From positions 2,852,001-2,916,000 of the forward strand of contig CM007990.1 in assembly GCA_002189035.1 (NCBI GenBank): a stretch of 64,000 bases of DNA, in the 5' to 3' direction. Shown piece after piece: positions 24,890 to 38,078 of the stretch. Made by a program: the position numbers and the translations under genes. Every line of letters starts with the position of its first letter. The stretch's first letter is position 1. The notes under the pieces are model-generated. The model had not been told where the DNA came from, did not search any database, and saw only the letters and a list, made by a program, of their open reading frames with translations. The DNA is from Utricularia gibba (lineage: Eukaryota > Plantae > Magnoliophyta).

Positions 24890-27560
24890 AAGCACCAGAG
24901 GGTGAGAGAACGATTTCCACTACAAATAGGCAAGAGGAAAACGCTGTTGCACAGTGAAGGAGCAATGGTGCTAATGAGGTGAATGGTATGGCTACTCCAT
25001 GTACAGAATAAAAAGACTATGTTGCACGATAGGTTCTTCTTGGATGAGTTAAGACATGTGAAAAGAATGGAGTTTGACAGAGTTCGTAGAGATTAATGAT
25101 TGTGGTTATATAGTTAAGCAAATTTGAAGCATGAACCCCGCCTCATGGCTAGCCCTCTTAGCTAGTAAACAAAAAATGGAGTGAAAGAGGGATGCAAATA
25201 TATGCAGTCAAACAAAAGAAAAAACAAAGACAAGTGAGGGAGGTGGCATTGTAAAATATAGCATACTAAGCATGCAATTTACCTACCAGCAAGTTCATCA
25301 AATTTACACTTCATTTAATTGAAGATTCTCAGTTTGGTAGCCTATCTTGAATATATTGTTATTTGGTGTCTTGGAAAGATTTATCTATATCTTCTTATTA
25401 TATATATCTTTGGAGATAATCTCACCATTCTAAGGTCTTCCACGAGAATAGGAAAACACAGGAATGACTACTGTATCTACAGTGATGAAGCAAGAATCCT
25501 TCAATGTACTACTTACTCCATATTTCTTCTTCATGATCTTGATTTCTCATAATTTGTTTTTTCCTGTCCTTCCTTCACTTGCCTCTGTTTATCCTCCCCA
25601 TCTTCCAATGATGAAGGACGAAGAAACATTTCAAGGGGCTCTAGTGCCACATGATGATGAAATCCCTAGCCGTGTTTTCGACAAAATTGGTGTGGAGAAG
25701 CCGGAGAACGATCCTATTGCCATGAAGAATGATACTACTACTAGTTTTGATGAAAGGATGAAAGAATTGTTGGCGAATTGCGATTTCTGATAATGCTCAT
25801 TATCCCCTCTATAGTCCTGGTTCTTGCTCAATGATCGATGAGCAGTTCGACTGTATGCTGAACGGTATGCCCGATTCTGACTACTACAAACTCAAATGGG
25901 AACCTTCAGATTGCCATCTCCCCATGTAATGGAAAGTACATCTCCCATGCCCTACTCCACTCTCCATCCTATCATGCTACATTAGGCTCCGCATTGCACA
26001 CTTTCAGGTTGGATGGAAAGTGTATGTTGGAATTACTCAAGGGGAAATGCATGGCTTCTGTGGGGACTTTCTCAACAGGAACATATGGGAATCTTTGATA
26101 TGCATTTTGAAGCAATTTGTGATAGAGGAGACTTTAGTGTATGAGGAAAAGGAAAGGCAAAGTTTCAGGAAAGATACTCATTTTTCCTTCATCTTTCAAG
26201 TAAGCCTGCTAACACCTTAGGTGATTGAAGTCTTTATGATTCCTTGAGATGGATGGCACATAACTCTATGCGTGGAAGCTGATTGCAGGAATACAACTGT
26301 ACAGAAGAGCTCTTTATGTAGTGGGCATTGGTGGACTCATGAGAAGGCTAAAGGAAAGAAGAAAATTCCATCTTTCTATGAAAAAACCTGAAACTGAAGC
26401 TCCGTATCATGTAACATTGAAAAACTGAGTATTATGAGAGCAAATGTGTGTACAAAGAACTGAGTATTATCAAAGCATATTGAAAAACTTTGACAATATG
26501 GGGTACCTGGATTGACTCGAATATCAACCCAAACAAGTCTCTGATCTTCTTCAAAGGCTACTCAGCATCCCATTTTAGGCGAGCTCCAATTTCCTACAAA
26601 TCTAGACCACTTCATGAATTGAGGGATCTAACTGTTATTTTTTATTTCCTCACAATGCTCTATGGTTGAAGGGGTGGGTAGTGGAACTTAAGTGGGCAAT
26701 GCATCAACAAAACAGAGCCAATAGCAAACCACAAGTGCCTCACTCCATTCCTTGACAAGATGCTTGCCTGGGTGCCTAATGTTTGGAATGAGATCTTCTT
26801 CACGAAGCTTTTGGTGCTGATGCCTTACTGCACACGAGCTCCTCTTTTGCCAAAGAATCTTCTGCAAAAAATTTATAGTATCCCATGTATACTAACCACA
26901 AGGTATGTTCATGAGTTACCGTATATGGATCAGGATCTTCTTGTGTACAGTGACGCACCTTGATGCAACGAGATGAGGGCTAATGTGTATGCACGCTAGA
27001 AGGTCTGGAAAACAACCCCCGAATCTAGTTGTAATTGTGTTTGGTATGAAACAATGGCGACATTATTCCCATAGGCTTGGGGCAATGTTGGTGGATGATG
27101 ATCATTAGAGCCTAAACCACATTGAAGGAGGCGGAGTTCGTAGTTAATGGATTACGATATGGAGATCGTCCTTGACTCTAGCAAGGCCAAGCACATTGCG
27201 GATGCACTCCCACTCCATTTGATGAAGCCGAAGAGGCTACGATGCTACCTCACAATTCTGAAATAGCAAAGAAGATCATGTGTGGAAACAAATTATATGA
27301 AGAGTTGTAAGGTTTTGATATGCAACGCTACACTCTATGAAGAGACCTTTGTCTGAAAGGAGGTGTAGTGCATGCATCCCTTTGTTCAATGAATTCATGT
27401 TGTGTGTCCCATCGCATCAGAATTGTTTCACAACCATCAAAGACCTTTCAATGTAGGCCTTGATAGCTTCTCCATTCCCGCATGTGCATTCATTGGGATC
27501 CAATTTTAGGATTTGAAATGGTCATGTCATTGGAGTGAGCATGACCTCATACTTGATTCG
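24890..27560 (+). mobile_element. Mosaic of decayed retroelement fragments, partly unassigned
   Basis: Repeat shared with 22849 and 49860, and Tekay-like RNase H residues at 26900-27250. The rest was not classified. Confidence 0.4.
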
Positions 27561-27639
27561 AAGAATGTCCCATCTTTCCATGGATAATTTTCTAGAATTT
27601 AATCCTCATCGTAGCACATCTGTCCATAGTAGGTCATAA

Positions 27640-29450
27640 CAAGGTCAGATTGGATGTGTGGAGATATAATCAGGTTGAAGATATTAATTATCAAGATGTC
27701 TTTACACTAGTTGCACGATTTGATACTATCTACACTCTTTTGGCTAGGCTACTACTTTCAAGTGGTTTGTGTATCAATTAGATATAACGTTGGCCTTCTT
27801 GAATGATATTCTTACTCAGCCTTATGGTTTGAAGAAAACCAATAATTTGTCAAAGGTTTTTTGTTTTGTTGAAAAAGGCTTTGCACAACAGGAAACAAGC
27901 TTCTCGGTCTTAGTTTGCTTCTAAACAAGTTTATGTTATAGTGCAATTTTTTGAAAGAGATATCAAATCATACTTGATAACAAAAATTTAGCACACGTTG
28001 TCAATATGCTAAATTATCTTATCACATAAATTTATAAACCTAATATATACTCAATAATAAAAGAATTACGAATATAGTTATCGAGGTTGGACCCAAAGAG
28101 TTACATGCTTGTCAGTAAAGGTTCATGCATGCTGTTTTTATCACAATTGGAAATTAAATCTAAAGTAAGACTAATTCAGTTCTGCAATAAGACACAGTAA
28201 AACAAAGCAATAACTTATGAACTTGGTTGTTGCCTAGGAAGAAATGAGGTGATGCCTTGGGATTCCTAGGAGTAATAAACAAATTATTACAGCTATCCTA
28301 CTAAAACCTAAAGGCATTCACCAGCAAATAAAGTTTTAAGTCTATCCAAACCCTTACTTTTCCCTAATTATTTGTTTACCTCTAATTAGGATTGTGTATG
28401 GTGAAAATTACAACCTCTCCATCCTGGATCTATCATGGTTTCATCGGAAAATAGTGCGACTATTTGGTAAATGTGGTTTAGTAAGCAACAAACATGTAAT
28501 CCCCCTTTGTCCCTAGGCACCACTATGTGCTTAGATATGCATAACAAAGGAAAATAAAACAAGTTCATAATATAATATCAAAAGCATGTTCATGTCATAG
28601 TTTAACATGAAGAAGGTAAACAATAACAAAAATGTAAATAGTTCAACGCAAAAAGCTAAAATGGTTTCTTGCGATCTACTCCGACTAGGAGTAGTGTTCC
28701 CGATAATAAAATATTGAAGTGTAGCTGAGCTATTCTTTGTCTTCTTCATCTCTTCTACAATTTTTCTTCCCCATCTCCACCTCCAAAATTGTGTGGTGTG
28801 TTGTTCGAAGTCTTTCACCTGTTCTCTCTTCCCTCATCATTTCCAAAATCCACCTTTTCATCTCCTTGGAATTTTTTGCCTCTATTTCCTCTCTTTTGTC
28901 CCATCTTTCTACAATCTCTACTATACACTTTGGGTTCATTGGGATTTGTATTGTTAAAAATGTAATGCACAACTTAAAAAAAAGTGATTAAAACACAGAT
29001 TGGGACTAAATTCGGACTAAAAAAACCTAAACAATGTTTTTAATCATGAAAACACGAAAATGCTTAATAAAACACCAGTTTAATAACATAATATTACTCA
29101 TTTTATAGTCCTAAGAAACTGAAAAATATGTGTTATCATTACTTTATATGCGAAGTCACTTGATAGAGATGAATTCAAGTCGCATCTCTTAGAACGGTTT
29201 GAGATGAATCGACAAGTTGTCGTATTTTTTGGAAATGAAGTTTCTCAATATTCTCAAAGAAACTTCATTTCCTAGAACAATTATACCTGTGACCTTCTAA
29301 AACAACATTGTTTTGATAAAGGCAGTATAGTATCAACACTAACGGTTCCGAATATGGTGGTGTTCCTTGTTTACATCCTTCTGAATATACATCTCGATTG
29401 GAAAGTTGATGTTGTGATGTTCAACAAGGCCTTATATTGTATATCATACT
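27640..29450 (+). mobile_element. Decayed copia RT remnant split by a solo LTR
   Basis: INYQDVFTLVARFDTI near 27690; RT-like sequence resumes after 29139. Confidence 0.65.
27975..29138 (-). mobile_element. Athila-type solo LTR (1164 bp)
   Basis: TGATAA...TTATCA termini; near-perfect TSD ATACT/TTACT. Confidence 0.85.
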
Positions 29451-29509
29451 TGTTTATTATCTAAGCTCATCCACTTTCCTACCTATATTCATTTTCATAC
29501 TTCCAAAGA

Positions 29510-30743
29510 TGATGTGACCCTCTAATCTAAAGAGATTAGCAACCCATGAACAGGAGGTGACATGAAATTGGTTGCTTGTTGGAGTATATAAATAGGAGGG
29601 ATGGACAACAAGGTAAGAATAGATGAAATCAGAGAATAGTGTACTACACACGAAATGTGTTGCTTGCTAAATTGTAGAAATACAGGAATGGGCAATTAAC
29701 AAATAGAATAGTCAAATGGAAAGGTGGGGACATGTAAATGACAGGGGATGGGAATTGAAGATAAGAAAAAAAAAACAAAAATAAAGTGGTTGCTTGGTGG
29801 AATGGGAAAAGTAGAGAGGTGGGTCACAATTAAACATATACAATAATTGATGATAGTGATGGGTGATGGATGTTCAATTTCACACTCCTTCTCTTCTTAC
29901 ACACTTGAAAATGATATTCAATGTGTTCTTGGTATTCAATTGACACTCAATTTCGAGTTCTTCTTCAATCAACTTCCTGTGAACCCCTTCTTTTTTTTTT
30001 TTTTGTGCTAAAGCAAGAAGTACTAAGAAGGACTTGGCATGAACCTTTTTTTTTTTTTTTTTTTGTAGGCAAGAATGGAACAACTCAAACAAGAACAGGA
30101 TAGTAATAAGGAGAAGGAACCCAATCCTCTGATACCAAATGATGTGACCCTCTAATCTAAAGAGATTAGCAACCCATGAACAGGAGGTGATTTTGAAGCT
30201 TAGAAAGTATCCCACCCAAGTCTACCCTCAAGAGAATGAATCTCTTGCAACCAGACTTCAAAACAAAGAAAATTAGGAGCCACACATAAGAAAAGAGAAG
30301 GGATTGGAAGTGATAATCCTAGGATGCCACAAGCTCAAAACTTGATAAGTCAAGAGGGTACAAGCACTCAAAGAAGAGGAGAATCCTCACAACATGCATG
30401 AAAATGACTAAAGGTCTCGAAATAGCACATCTCTAGAGTATTTATACTCTAGGATTGAGCTCTAACATTATATAGCCCAAACTAAATGAAATAAAAAAGT
30501 CTAACAAGCCCAATGCTCTAAGGTAAATCCACCTTCAAGTAATTGAGCTCTTTTGATGGGATGTCTTCAAGCCCATGTTTGATTCCAATGGTATTGAGTA
30601 GACCGTTAAGTGTATCTTCAACCATCTTTGTCTTGCTCCTAGTCATTGGTCCTGGTGGAATCATCTTTGTTTCTAATGTGTTCACTTGGACAAACTCTTT
30701 ATCATTCTTCAAATACACTTCATTATCTTCCTGGGTTTCATCA
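29510..30743 (-). mobile_element. Internally deleted CRM-type element (subfamily H)
   Basis: 5' LTR at 30140-30743 (encodes GPMTRSK), PBS complement at 30127-30137, then leader, then only 51 bp of the 3' LTR (29510-29560). Perfect TSD AAAGA. Confidence 0.88.
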
Positions 30744-30789
30744 AAAGATATATTAAGATGCTTGAAAAAAAACTTCAAATTTCAGATTA

Positions 30790-30968
30790 TCCATACTTCC
30801 AAATCCAATTTTATATCCATGTACCAAACGTGTATTAGTATTAAATTCAAATAACTTAAACTCATCAACCAAACATGAATTACATCCTTTAAACCCATAA
30901 AATCAGATTATCTAAACCCAAATAATTTAAACCTAGATTTAGTCCGAATCCAACAACCAAATGCACCC
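30790..30968. mobile_element. One end of a PIF/Harbinger (Tourist-like) MITE
   Basis: Alignable with 39790-39953; ends CAACCAAATGCACCC. Confidence 0.7.
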
Positions 30969-31247
30969 TTTGTTGTGGAACTTGATTTTGTTGGGAATTA
31001 TGGATTCTATGATTGGGGCAAGATTTTGAACTGATTGTGTTTCTGTGGGTTGTAGTGCACCTGAGACAGTTTCAGCACTTATTTAAATGAGTGGTCTTCT
31101 ATCTATTTACTAAAAACATTTGGAAATACTCATCTCGGATATTTCAGTCCCATTTCGGAAAACAGCCTGCATCACACTCCCACTTACCTAAGCATCGCTC
31201 CAGCGTTATTATTCCTCGTTCCGGTAATACCAACTTGCTGCATGCTA

Positions 31248-32857
31248 CTACCGTTCCCTTGAGGCAAATCTCGGATGCGGAACGGCAATCAGCGGCGTCT
31301 TCTTCCTCGTAGTGAGCCCGAATTTCTCCGATCGATCCATCTTCGCACCCTCGGGGTACCTCCATTCAAATGAATGAACAAGTGAGGCAATCAAATACAT
31401 CATCATTCTCTCAGCCAGAGGTAATCCAGGGCACGCCCTTCTCCCTGTCCCAAATGGGAGATAGTGAAGATCATTTCCCAAGTAATCCAACTTCTTCATC
31501 TCCAAAAATCTCTCTGGGTAAAACTCATCAGAATTTTCCCAGAATTCAGGGTCCCTGTGAACCGACCAAGTGCTGAGGACAACCACTGATCTCATGGGGA
31601 TTTCATAGCCACCAACAACGCGCGATTCAGTCATACATTTACGAACAAGGATCGAATCCGGTGTTCGTAGACGGAGAGTTTCTTTGACCACTGCATCCAG
31701 ATACTGGAGTTTGGATACGTGGGATTCTTCCAAATAACCGTTATTTCCAACAGCATTCATGATCTCATCCTGAACCTTCTTCATTATCTGTGGATGATCT
31801 AGAAGCTCCATCATCGCCCACTCCACAGCTGTCGATGTTGTGTCTGTTCCGCCTATGATCATGTCCTGTAGAGAGCATATCGTTGGGATTATTGTTACAC
31901 CTGCCAAAACGAACAACTTCACGGTTTACTGACCAACAAAACTGCCTTGATTTGTTCGATGCCGAAAGTAGAGCCATCTTCAAGCTGCTTTCCCTCAAAC
32001 TTGAGTAGAGTTGTCAAGACATCGTGTTTCTTGCCAGAGCACTCATCATCTTTATCCTCTTCCATCATCTTCAATCTTGCTTGGATGGCGGAATCGATGA
32101 TCCCATAGAGCTTTGGAATTGATTCCTTCATCTCCTTTGCAATCCCCTGGATGTCGAGTCTAGCAAGAATTGGGAAGAAATCAGAAACATTTGGCCTAGC
32201 AAGCAAGTCCATGATCTTCAAGGTTGATTGCCGAAGATCGTTTGCCGAATTCTTCGCTGTTTCCCCTACTAGAGTGGCTCCCCAGAGTAAATTAACCATC
32301 ACATGGATCTCTGTAGTGTAAATTAGGTCTCCGATGACGACTGGTTTCCCTTGCTGGGAATTTAATTTTTCGATGAGAATTCTCACTTCTTCCCGTCTTA
32401 ATTCATACGTATCTTGGAGGCTGCTGTTGCTCAAGGTCTCCCTTACGAAGAGCTTCCGCATTTCACGCCAATACACATCGTTAGGTGAAAAAACGATGTC
32501 CATTCCATCCTTGGTGGCGATTCGGGCAGCGATTGTCGCATCCCTGCAAGCGAAAACTGAATCCTGGTCGCGAACAACTTGTTTAAACAATTCCGTCGAT
32601 GTAATCACCACCCAGAGCTTGCTGCCGAGACGAATTTTGAAGAGTGGGCCATATTTTGTGGCGAGCTCAGCCAGTTGCAGCGGCACATCCGGACGGAGAA
32701 AGGGAAGGTAGCCGACGATCGGAAGGCCTCGCGGTCCCGGTAGAGGAAGACCGATTCTCGGCGTTCTCCTTGCTCGTGCACAGAAGGTGAACACGTAGCA
32801 GGACAGTAACAGCAACAGAAGAGCAGCCCAGAGAGACTGTGGCTCCAGTTCCACCAT
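31248..32857 (-). CDS. CYP706: Cytochrome P450, CYP706 family; exon 1 32857-31934, 68-bp GT-AG intron 31933-31866, exon 2 31865-31248; 513 aa
   Basis: N-terminal membrane anchor, LPGPRGLPIVGYLPFL, WREMRK, I-helix GGTDTTST, ETLR, PERF, heme motif FGTGRRACPG followed by LAERM. Phase-0 splice TTG|GTCAGT...CTACAG|GAC restores KAVLL-DMIIGG. No internal stops. Family assigned from recalled motifs; subfamily and substrate unknown. Confidence 0.9.
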
Positions 32858-35461
32858 CTTGGTTTCAGAATTTGTGAAGATTTTCCCGCACAGTACACCG
32901 TTTCGAGAGACGTGCTTCATTTAAGTGAGTTTGTAGGCCAAATTTGCAGCGGCTACATGTCAACGTGTCTGCATGAGAGCGATCGGTTGTACGGTCACAA
33001 CATCAATCGCTGCATTTGTCCAACGAGGCAATAACTATGTTTTGCATTTTACAAATAATTGGGTTGCAGCTATAATTTGTAAACTACTCGTACTTTGTAT
33101 TTGATAATATTTCACAGATATTTTAAATATTATAGATATTATTATTTTTATCAATTACGATATATAATTTAAATTTATTACTCAGAATTCATATTTTTAA
33201 ATGATATAATGGATATTATCAATATCAAATTTTAAAAAATATATAAAAAATTTAACTTAAGCTAATTACTAGATCAAGGGTACAAAAGGAATTAGGAGCT
33301 TTTAAATGGATTATTGACTAGTATATAGACTTGTGGAAAACATAATAATGAATTCAAACTTCTTATAATAGATTAAAGAGGGTAAAGTTGGGTCAATGAA
33401 ATGGAACTCTAGTACTTTTCCTATGAATACATTGCTTTAGTTATAGAAGAAGAATTTCACTCTAGTTGATGGACAATTATGATGACAATATATTTTGAGA
33501 GCAATGTTTCTACTTTGAATTCTTGAAAAGCTTTTCATTTATTAAATTTTCGTTTGTTGTTACATGAGAGTAGTAGATTGATTACATAAGGTGTCAGATT
33601 GTGGAAGAATCATAAGGTACATATGGATCTGGATAAGGGAGTCTTGAAAGAACAAGTAAGACACACAAGGAGATAAGCTCCCCAAGTTCCACTTCTAAGG
33701 GGTTTGCTGCCCCAACAATACTTGAATCCGGCAGGTTGACCCATCTAGGGTTGGACTCGTGACTCGGACTCGTGGAAAACAAGTCAGGATCGAGTTAAGA
33801 AACATGAGTTGGGGTTGACCCGACGAGTTGGACCTATTTTAAAGTCCATTTGATTTTTTTAAATTTCTTTATTAAAAGTTAGGGTTTGGATTAATGAGTC
33901 AATAGCTAAGCCCAATTCTACACTAAACATAGGCAACGATTTTTCAATCTCAGTTATGTGACTATTAACAACAATTTTTATTTCTTGTTTGAAGCTATGA
34001 TTCTTAAAACTCTTATGTTTTTTCATTTCTGATTCTATTTTCTCTTAAATTCTCAATTTTTATTGTTTTATGTTTGTTAATTGTTATAAAACGGGGTGAT
34101 AACAGTTGTGAGCTCACTGTTTATTCAGTTTATCAGTTTTAATCTATGTATTTTGAGCTGATCTAACTTATATGACCCATTGTTTTTCTGATCTAACTAC
34201 GTTGACCCATGTGATCTACACTTTTGACTCAACAATGATTTGTTTATAATTTTTTTAATCTAATAAATTTCATTTAGAACTATTTTGACCCAATTCACAT
34301 TTTCAATTATGTTATTTTGATCCTAACGTTCTTGTGGATAGAGCTCTTTACTATGGTTGAACGCTATCTTTTTTTGGCTGTTTTGACCCAACCACCATAT
34401 GCATTTTGATCTATATTAACGCATGTTTGATTTTTTAAAAAAATTATATTGTTTATAATGATCGTTACATTAATATTAGAACTTGTCAATTAAATGAAAA
34501 ATAAGATAATAAAATTGATTTAAAATTTGAATTTTTTAAAAATATGAGGTCATAAAATGAGAATATGATGTGATTAATTCTTATAAAAAAATATTGTAAT
34601 CATTTAAAAATGTTTAAGTTGGCAACACTCATTCAACGTTCATTGAGAATTTTGTTGTCAATTTCTTTTGATAATGGTGTTGATGAATATCAAATCTTAT
34701 TTTTCATTATGTTGTGGCCTTTTTTGTAATCAAATATTGTTAGATTTGTTCAATAATATTCTATTTGGGTGAGTATATTAATAATTATAATTATGATTAA
34801 GAAATCATTGTAAAGTTTGTATTGATTTAACTTAACAATAATATATTGTTCAATTTTTTCAATAATATACATTTCTTATCACTATTTATTAAAGATATCA
34901 ATATAATACTAAAATAACAGAAAAAAATATGTCAATATATATAATTATTTTATCGTTTTAATGTGTGGTTTTTAATATAAAAAATATTTTTAAAATTTAT
35001 GGAAATTTATTGAAATAAAATGAATACGAATTTAGAGTTTAAATTTGAATTCTTGAGCTAAATCTAATAGAATTTAAAGTTGAATTTTACATTGAAAACA
35101 TTATTTTGGTGTAAAAATATACAATAAATTGAATGTTAACTAATAATGATAATTTGAATAAATTTGAACATTTATCACTAAATAATTAAGTTTAAAATCA
35201 AATTTTGAATAAATTTAATGTTAACACCACAATGATATTTTTTTCTTACAATTGCTACAGTTACAATGTGCAAGTGTATTTATGCATTTATTGATTTAGA
35301 TAATCTGGCCAAGCTTCCATTGCTACTAAGATATATGTCCATTGAACGAAAGAGATCAACAATGTTTCACAAGTTCACAAAAATGAAATCGCAATTCAAA
35401 TAACTCAAAGATAAGAATCCATCTTTTCACCCTCTTGTGTTCCCACATTTGAAATCTTGTA

Positions 35462-35717
35462 TCAATAGTGTGGAATTTGCATATCTTATGCAAACGTTCG
35501 AATTTCATCATCAGTAAACCACTCTAGAACCATCGACAAAATAAGAGTCAAATTACTATATCATATGAAATGATACTAAAAATACTTATGAGAAGTCATT
35601 ACTTACAAAGTGAGGATAACCATCTAGTATGTACATCTCCGGTTTCTATGCTATGAATAAGTCAAAATACATCAACATGTAAATCCCACACTCAAAACCC
35701 TCCTCTTGTACAGGTAC
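35462..35717 (-). pseudogene. Decayed exons of a SUMO/ubiquitin-like-specific protease (peptidase C48), FUG1/OTS-like C-terminus
   Basis: Exon 35717-35607 (AG...GTAAGT flanks) reads VPVQEEGFECGIYMLMYFDLFIA*KPEMYILDGYPHF. After a 73-bp intron, 35533-35462 reads MVLEWFTDDEIRTFA*DMQIPHY*. Fits the C48 catalytic P-x-Q-x4-[DE]CG motif and the downstream WF motif. Confidence 0.7.
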
Positions 35718-38078
35718 CTATCAAATCAACGCAACATTAACGTTTGTACTATGAAGCTAAACAATATCATCCTCCTCAATTTCCCCATTTGCTATGAGGA
35801 TCACAGAAAGCAACATAAGTGAAATCAATTAGATACCCAAAATCTAATAAAAATTATTCACATAATCACTATCATATTCTAGATCAAGTAATTTATCATC
35901 TTCATAATCTATTGTCCTAAAACTACCAAATGAAGGAAAAATAGGGTAAGTTAACTAAAACTATTAATCAATAAAAATAAATAACACAAAATCCCAATTT
36001 ATCTCAATAGCTAGATTTCATTTGAAAAGTACTTACAAAAATTCTAAATGCAAAAATACTTTAATGAAACTAATTATCTCAAGATTTCCCAAAACACAAT
36101 AACAACTACTACAAAATCCATCTTAATACATCGAAATTAGCAAAACCCAGCAAAATCAAATCCCATAAATATTAGAACATTAAATCATATCTATATTTCC
36201 CAAAAAATCTGTCTTTTTCCTGATGTGAAGGAACGAATGTAGACGAGCATATCTCAAGACTTGTCTGATGAAGAAGCCACGGGTTCTGGTGTCAAGGAAC
36301 AATTCTTGGCAAATTGCGTAAATTGAGCGGAACAGACTATAAGTCCCTCTTTCTCTTTCCGTTTCTGTCTAAAGCCATACTTACAGCCCCTACAATGGTT
36401 TAATATGGTCCAGGCAAAATCACACATAAATTGGGGCTAAATTAGGTGTTTACCTATGTCATAAGTATTATATGATATTTTAACCATATCTTACAAAGAA
36501 ATGTTAATTATGATGATTTATATATTGATAATTAAACATAAATTATATATGTTATTTATAGAATTAAATTATTTTTATAAAATCTTTATATCCATTTTAA
36601 ATGTACAAAATAAAATATAAAAATTATATATATTGATTAATATTTAATGAAAAAATTAAAAGCCTGATTGATTGATTTTGTTTTTTATGTGGATATTTAT
36701 TGTAATAAAAATATTTTTTCTATTATAAAACACAAGAAAACTTAATTCAATTGATTAAGCATTTATTTATATCCCAAATTTTAAAATTTTTATCAACATA
36801 TTTTTGTTATATATATTCATAACTATTGACAAAAATACATAATTAATCATATCATATATATTCATGACTATTATTTTTGTCATTTCTGCCTATGTCACAA
36901 GCCATTTAGGTTATTATTGTCGAATCGGAAATAACGTGGGTTTAAACTAGATATCTTGTAAAACTAAGGATGTCAATTTCGAAAACTATTGAGTCAAAAG
37001 AGTATTATATATAAAATTTGTTGGATCAAGATTGTATTATTTACAAACAGTGTTACCATTTTAAAACCTTAATACAATCTTTTTTTTCGTTTCTAATTCA
37101 ATATGCGTTAATTTACACTAATATGATTCTTGATTTTTTAAATTATGATTCTTTAAATTATTGGGCTTGATTAATATTGGTTTTGTATGATTTTTAAATT
37201 TACAAGCGATTTTTTTATTTTAATTAAATAAAATGGGTTGACTCGAGTTGGGGTCGAGTCAAGGTCTTCAACTCGTCGACCCTAACTATTGATGCAAGAA
37301 GGATAGAGTTTTGGGAAGGAAAAAAGGATAAACGATAAGAATGACCGAAAACCTAATGTTCACGAGTTCCTAGTAGGGTATATATATATATCCAATATTT
37401 AGTTTACCCAACAATGAGCCACAATCAATAAAAACACACATAAAAAGCCCAATAATGAATTCAAAAACTTTTTAATTGAATCATGATTTCATGACACAAG
37501 ATTGATGATTCCAATCACCTTCAAGCTTTGGATTGAGGTTGATCTCCAACACTCCTCCTAGACTGAGATCTCTCAACTTGAGAAAGTCCTCCATAGTCAT
37601 TAGATTCATGTTCTTCCTTACTAGCTAAAACTGAACTCTTTTCAAACCTTTGGTAAGCTTATTAGCAAGCTGATTCCCACTCTCAACATACTACACTTTG
37701 ATCTTCTTCTCCTTGATATAATTCCTTATGATATATTACCTAATTCTTATGTGTTTGGCTTTGGTGAAGTTTGTTGAATCCTTGGCAATAGAGATTGTAG
37801 CTCGATTATCTATAAACATATATGTGGCTTCCTTTTGTATGAATCCATGTTTGTTTAACATCTGTCTCAACCAAACACAATAGTTCAAAGCATGTGTTGC
37901 AGAAATGTATTATGCTTCAGCTGTTGATTGTGTCACCACCTTTCGTTTCTTCGAAAACCAGACTACAGGGCTCTTATTTAAGAAGAAGAGTGCACCAGAT
38001 GTACTCTTGTTGTCTTCAGTCATAGCATAATCACTATTTTGGTAGGCTCTAAGTTACTAGACTGGTTCTTCACCTTAG

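Noticed and set aside
25464-25790. 108-aa ORF as a host gene
   Set aside because: No recognisable domain or splice context, and it is embedded in decayed retroelement mosaic.
32858-32920. Longer N-terminus of the P450 from the ORF track (MKHVSRNG...)
   Set aside because: The membrane anchor and proline-rich hinge fit a start at 32857; the extension has no P450 features. 5' RACE would settle it.
36220-36305. Possible C/D-box snoRNA (TGATG...CTGA)
   Set aside because: The C box is imperfect, there is no terminal stem and I recognised no rRNA guide. A snoscan or Rfam search would be decisive.
33746-37284. TAGGGT...ACCCTA as the true hAT termini
   Set aside because: No 8-bp TSD, and the CTAAC TSD of copia D shows the host sequence continues at 45722.
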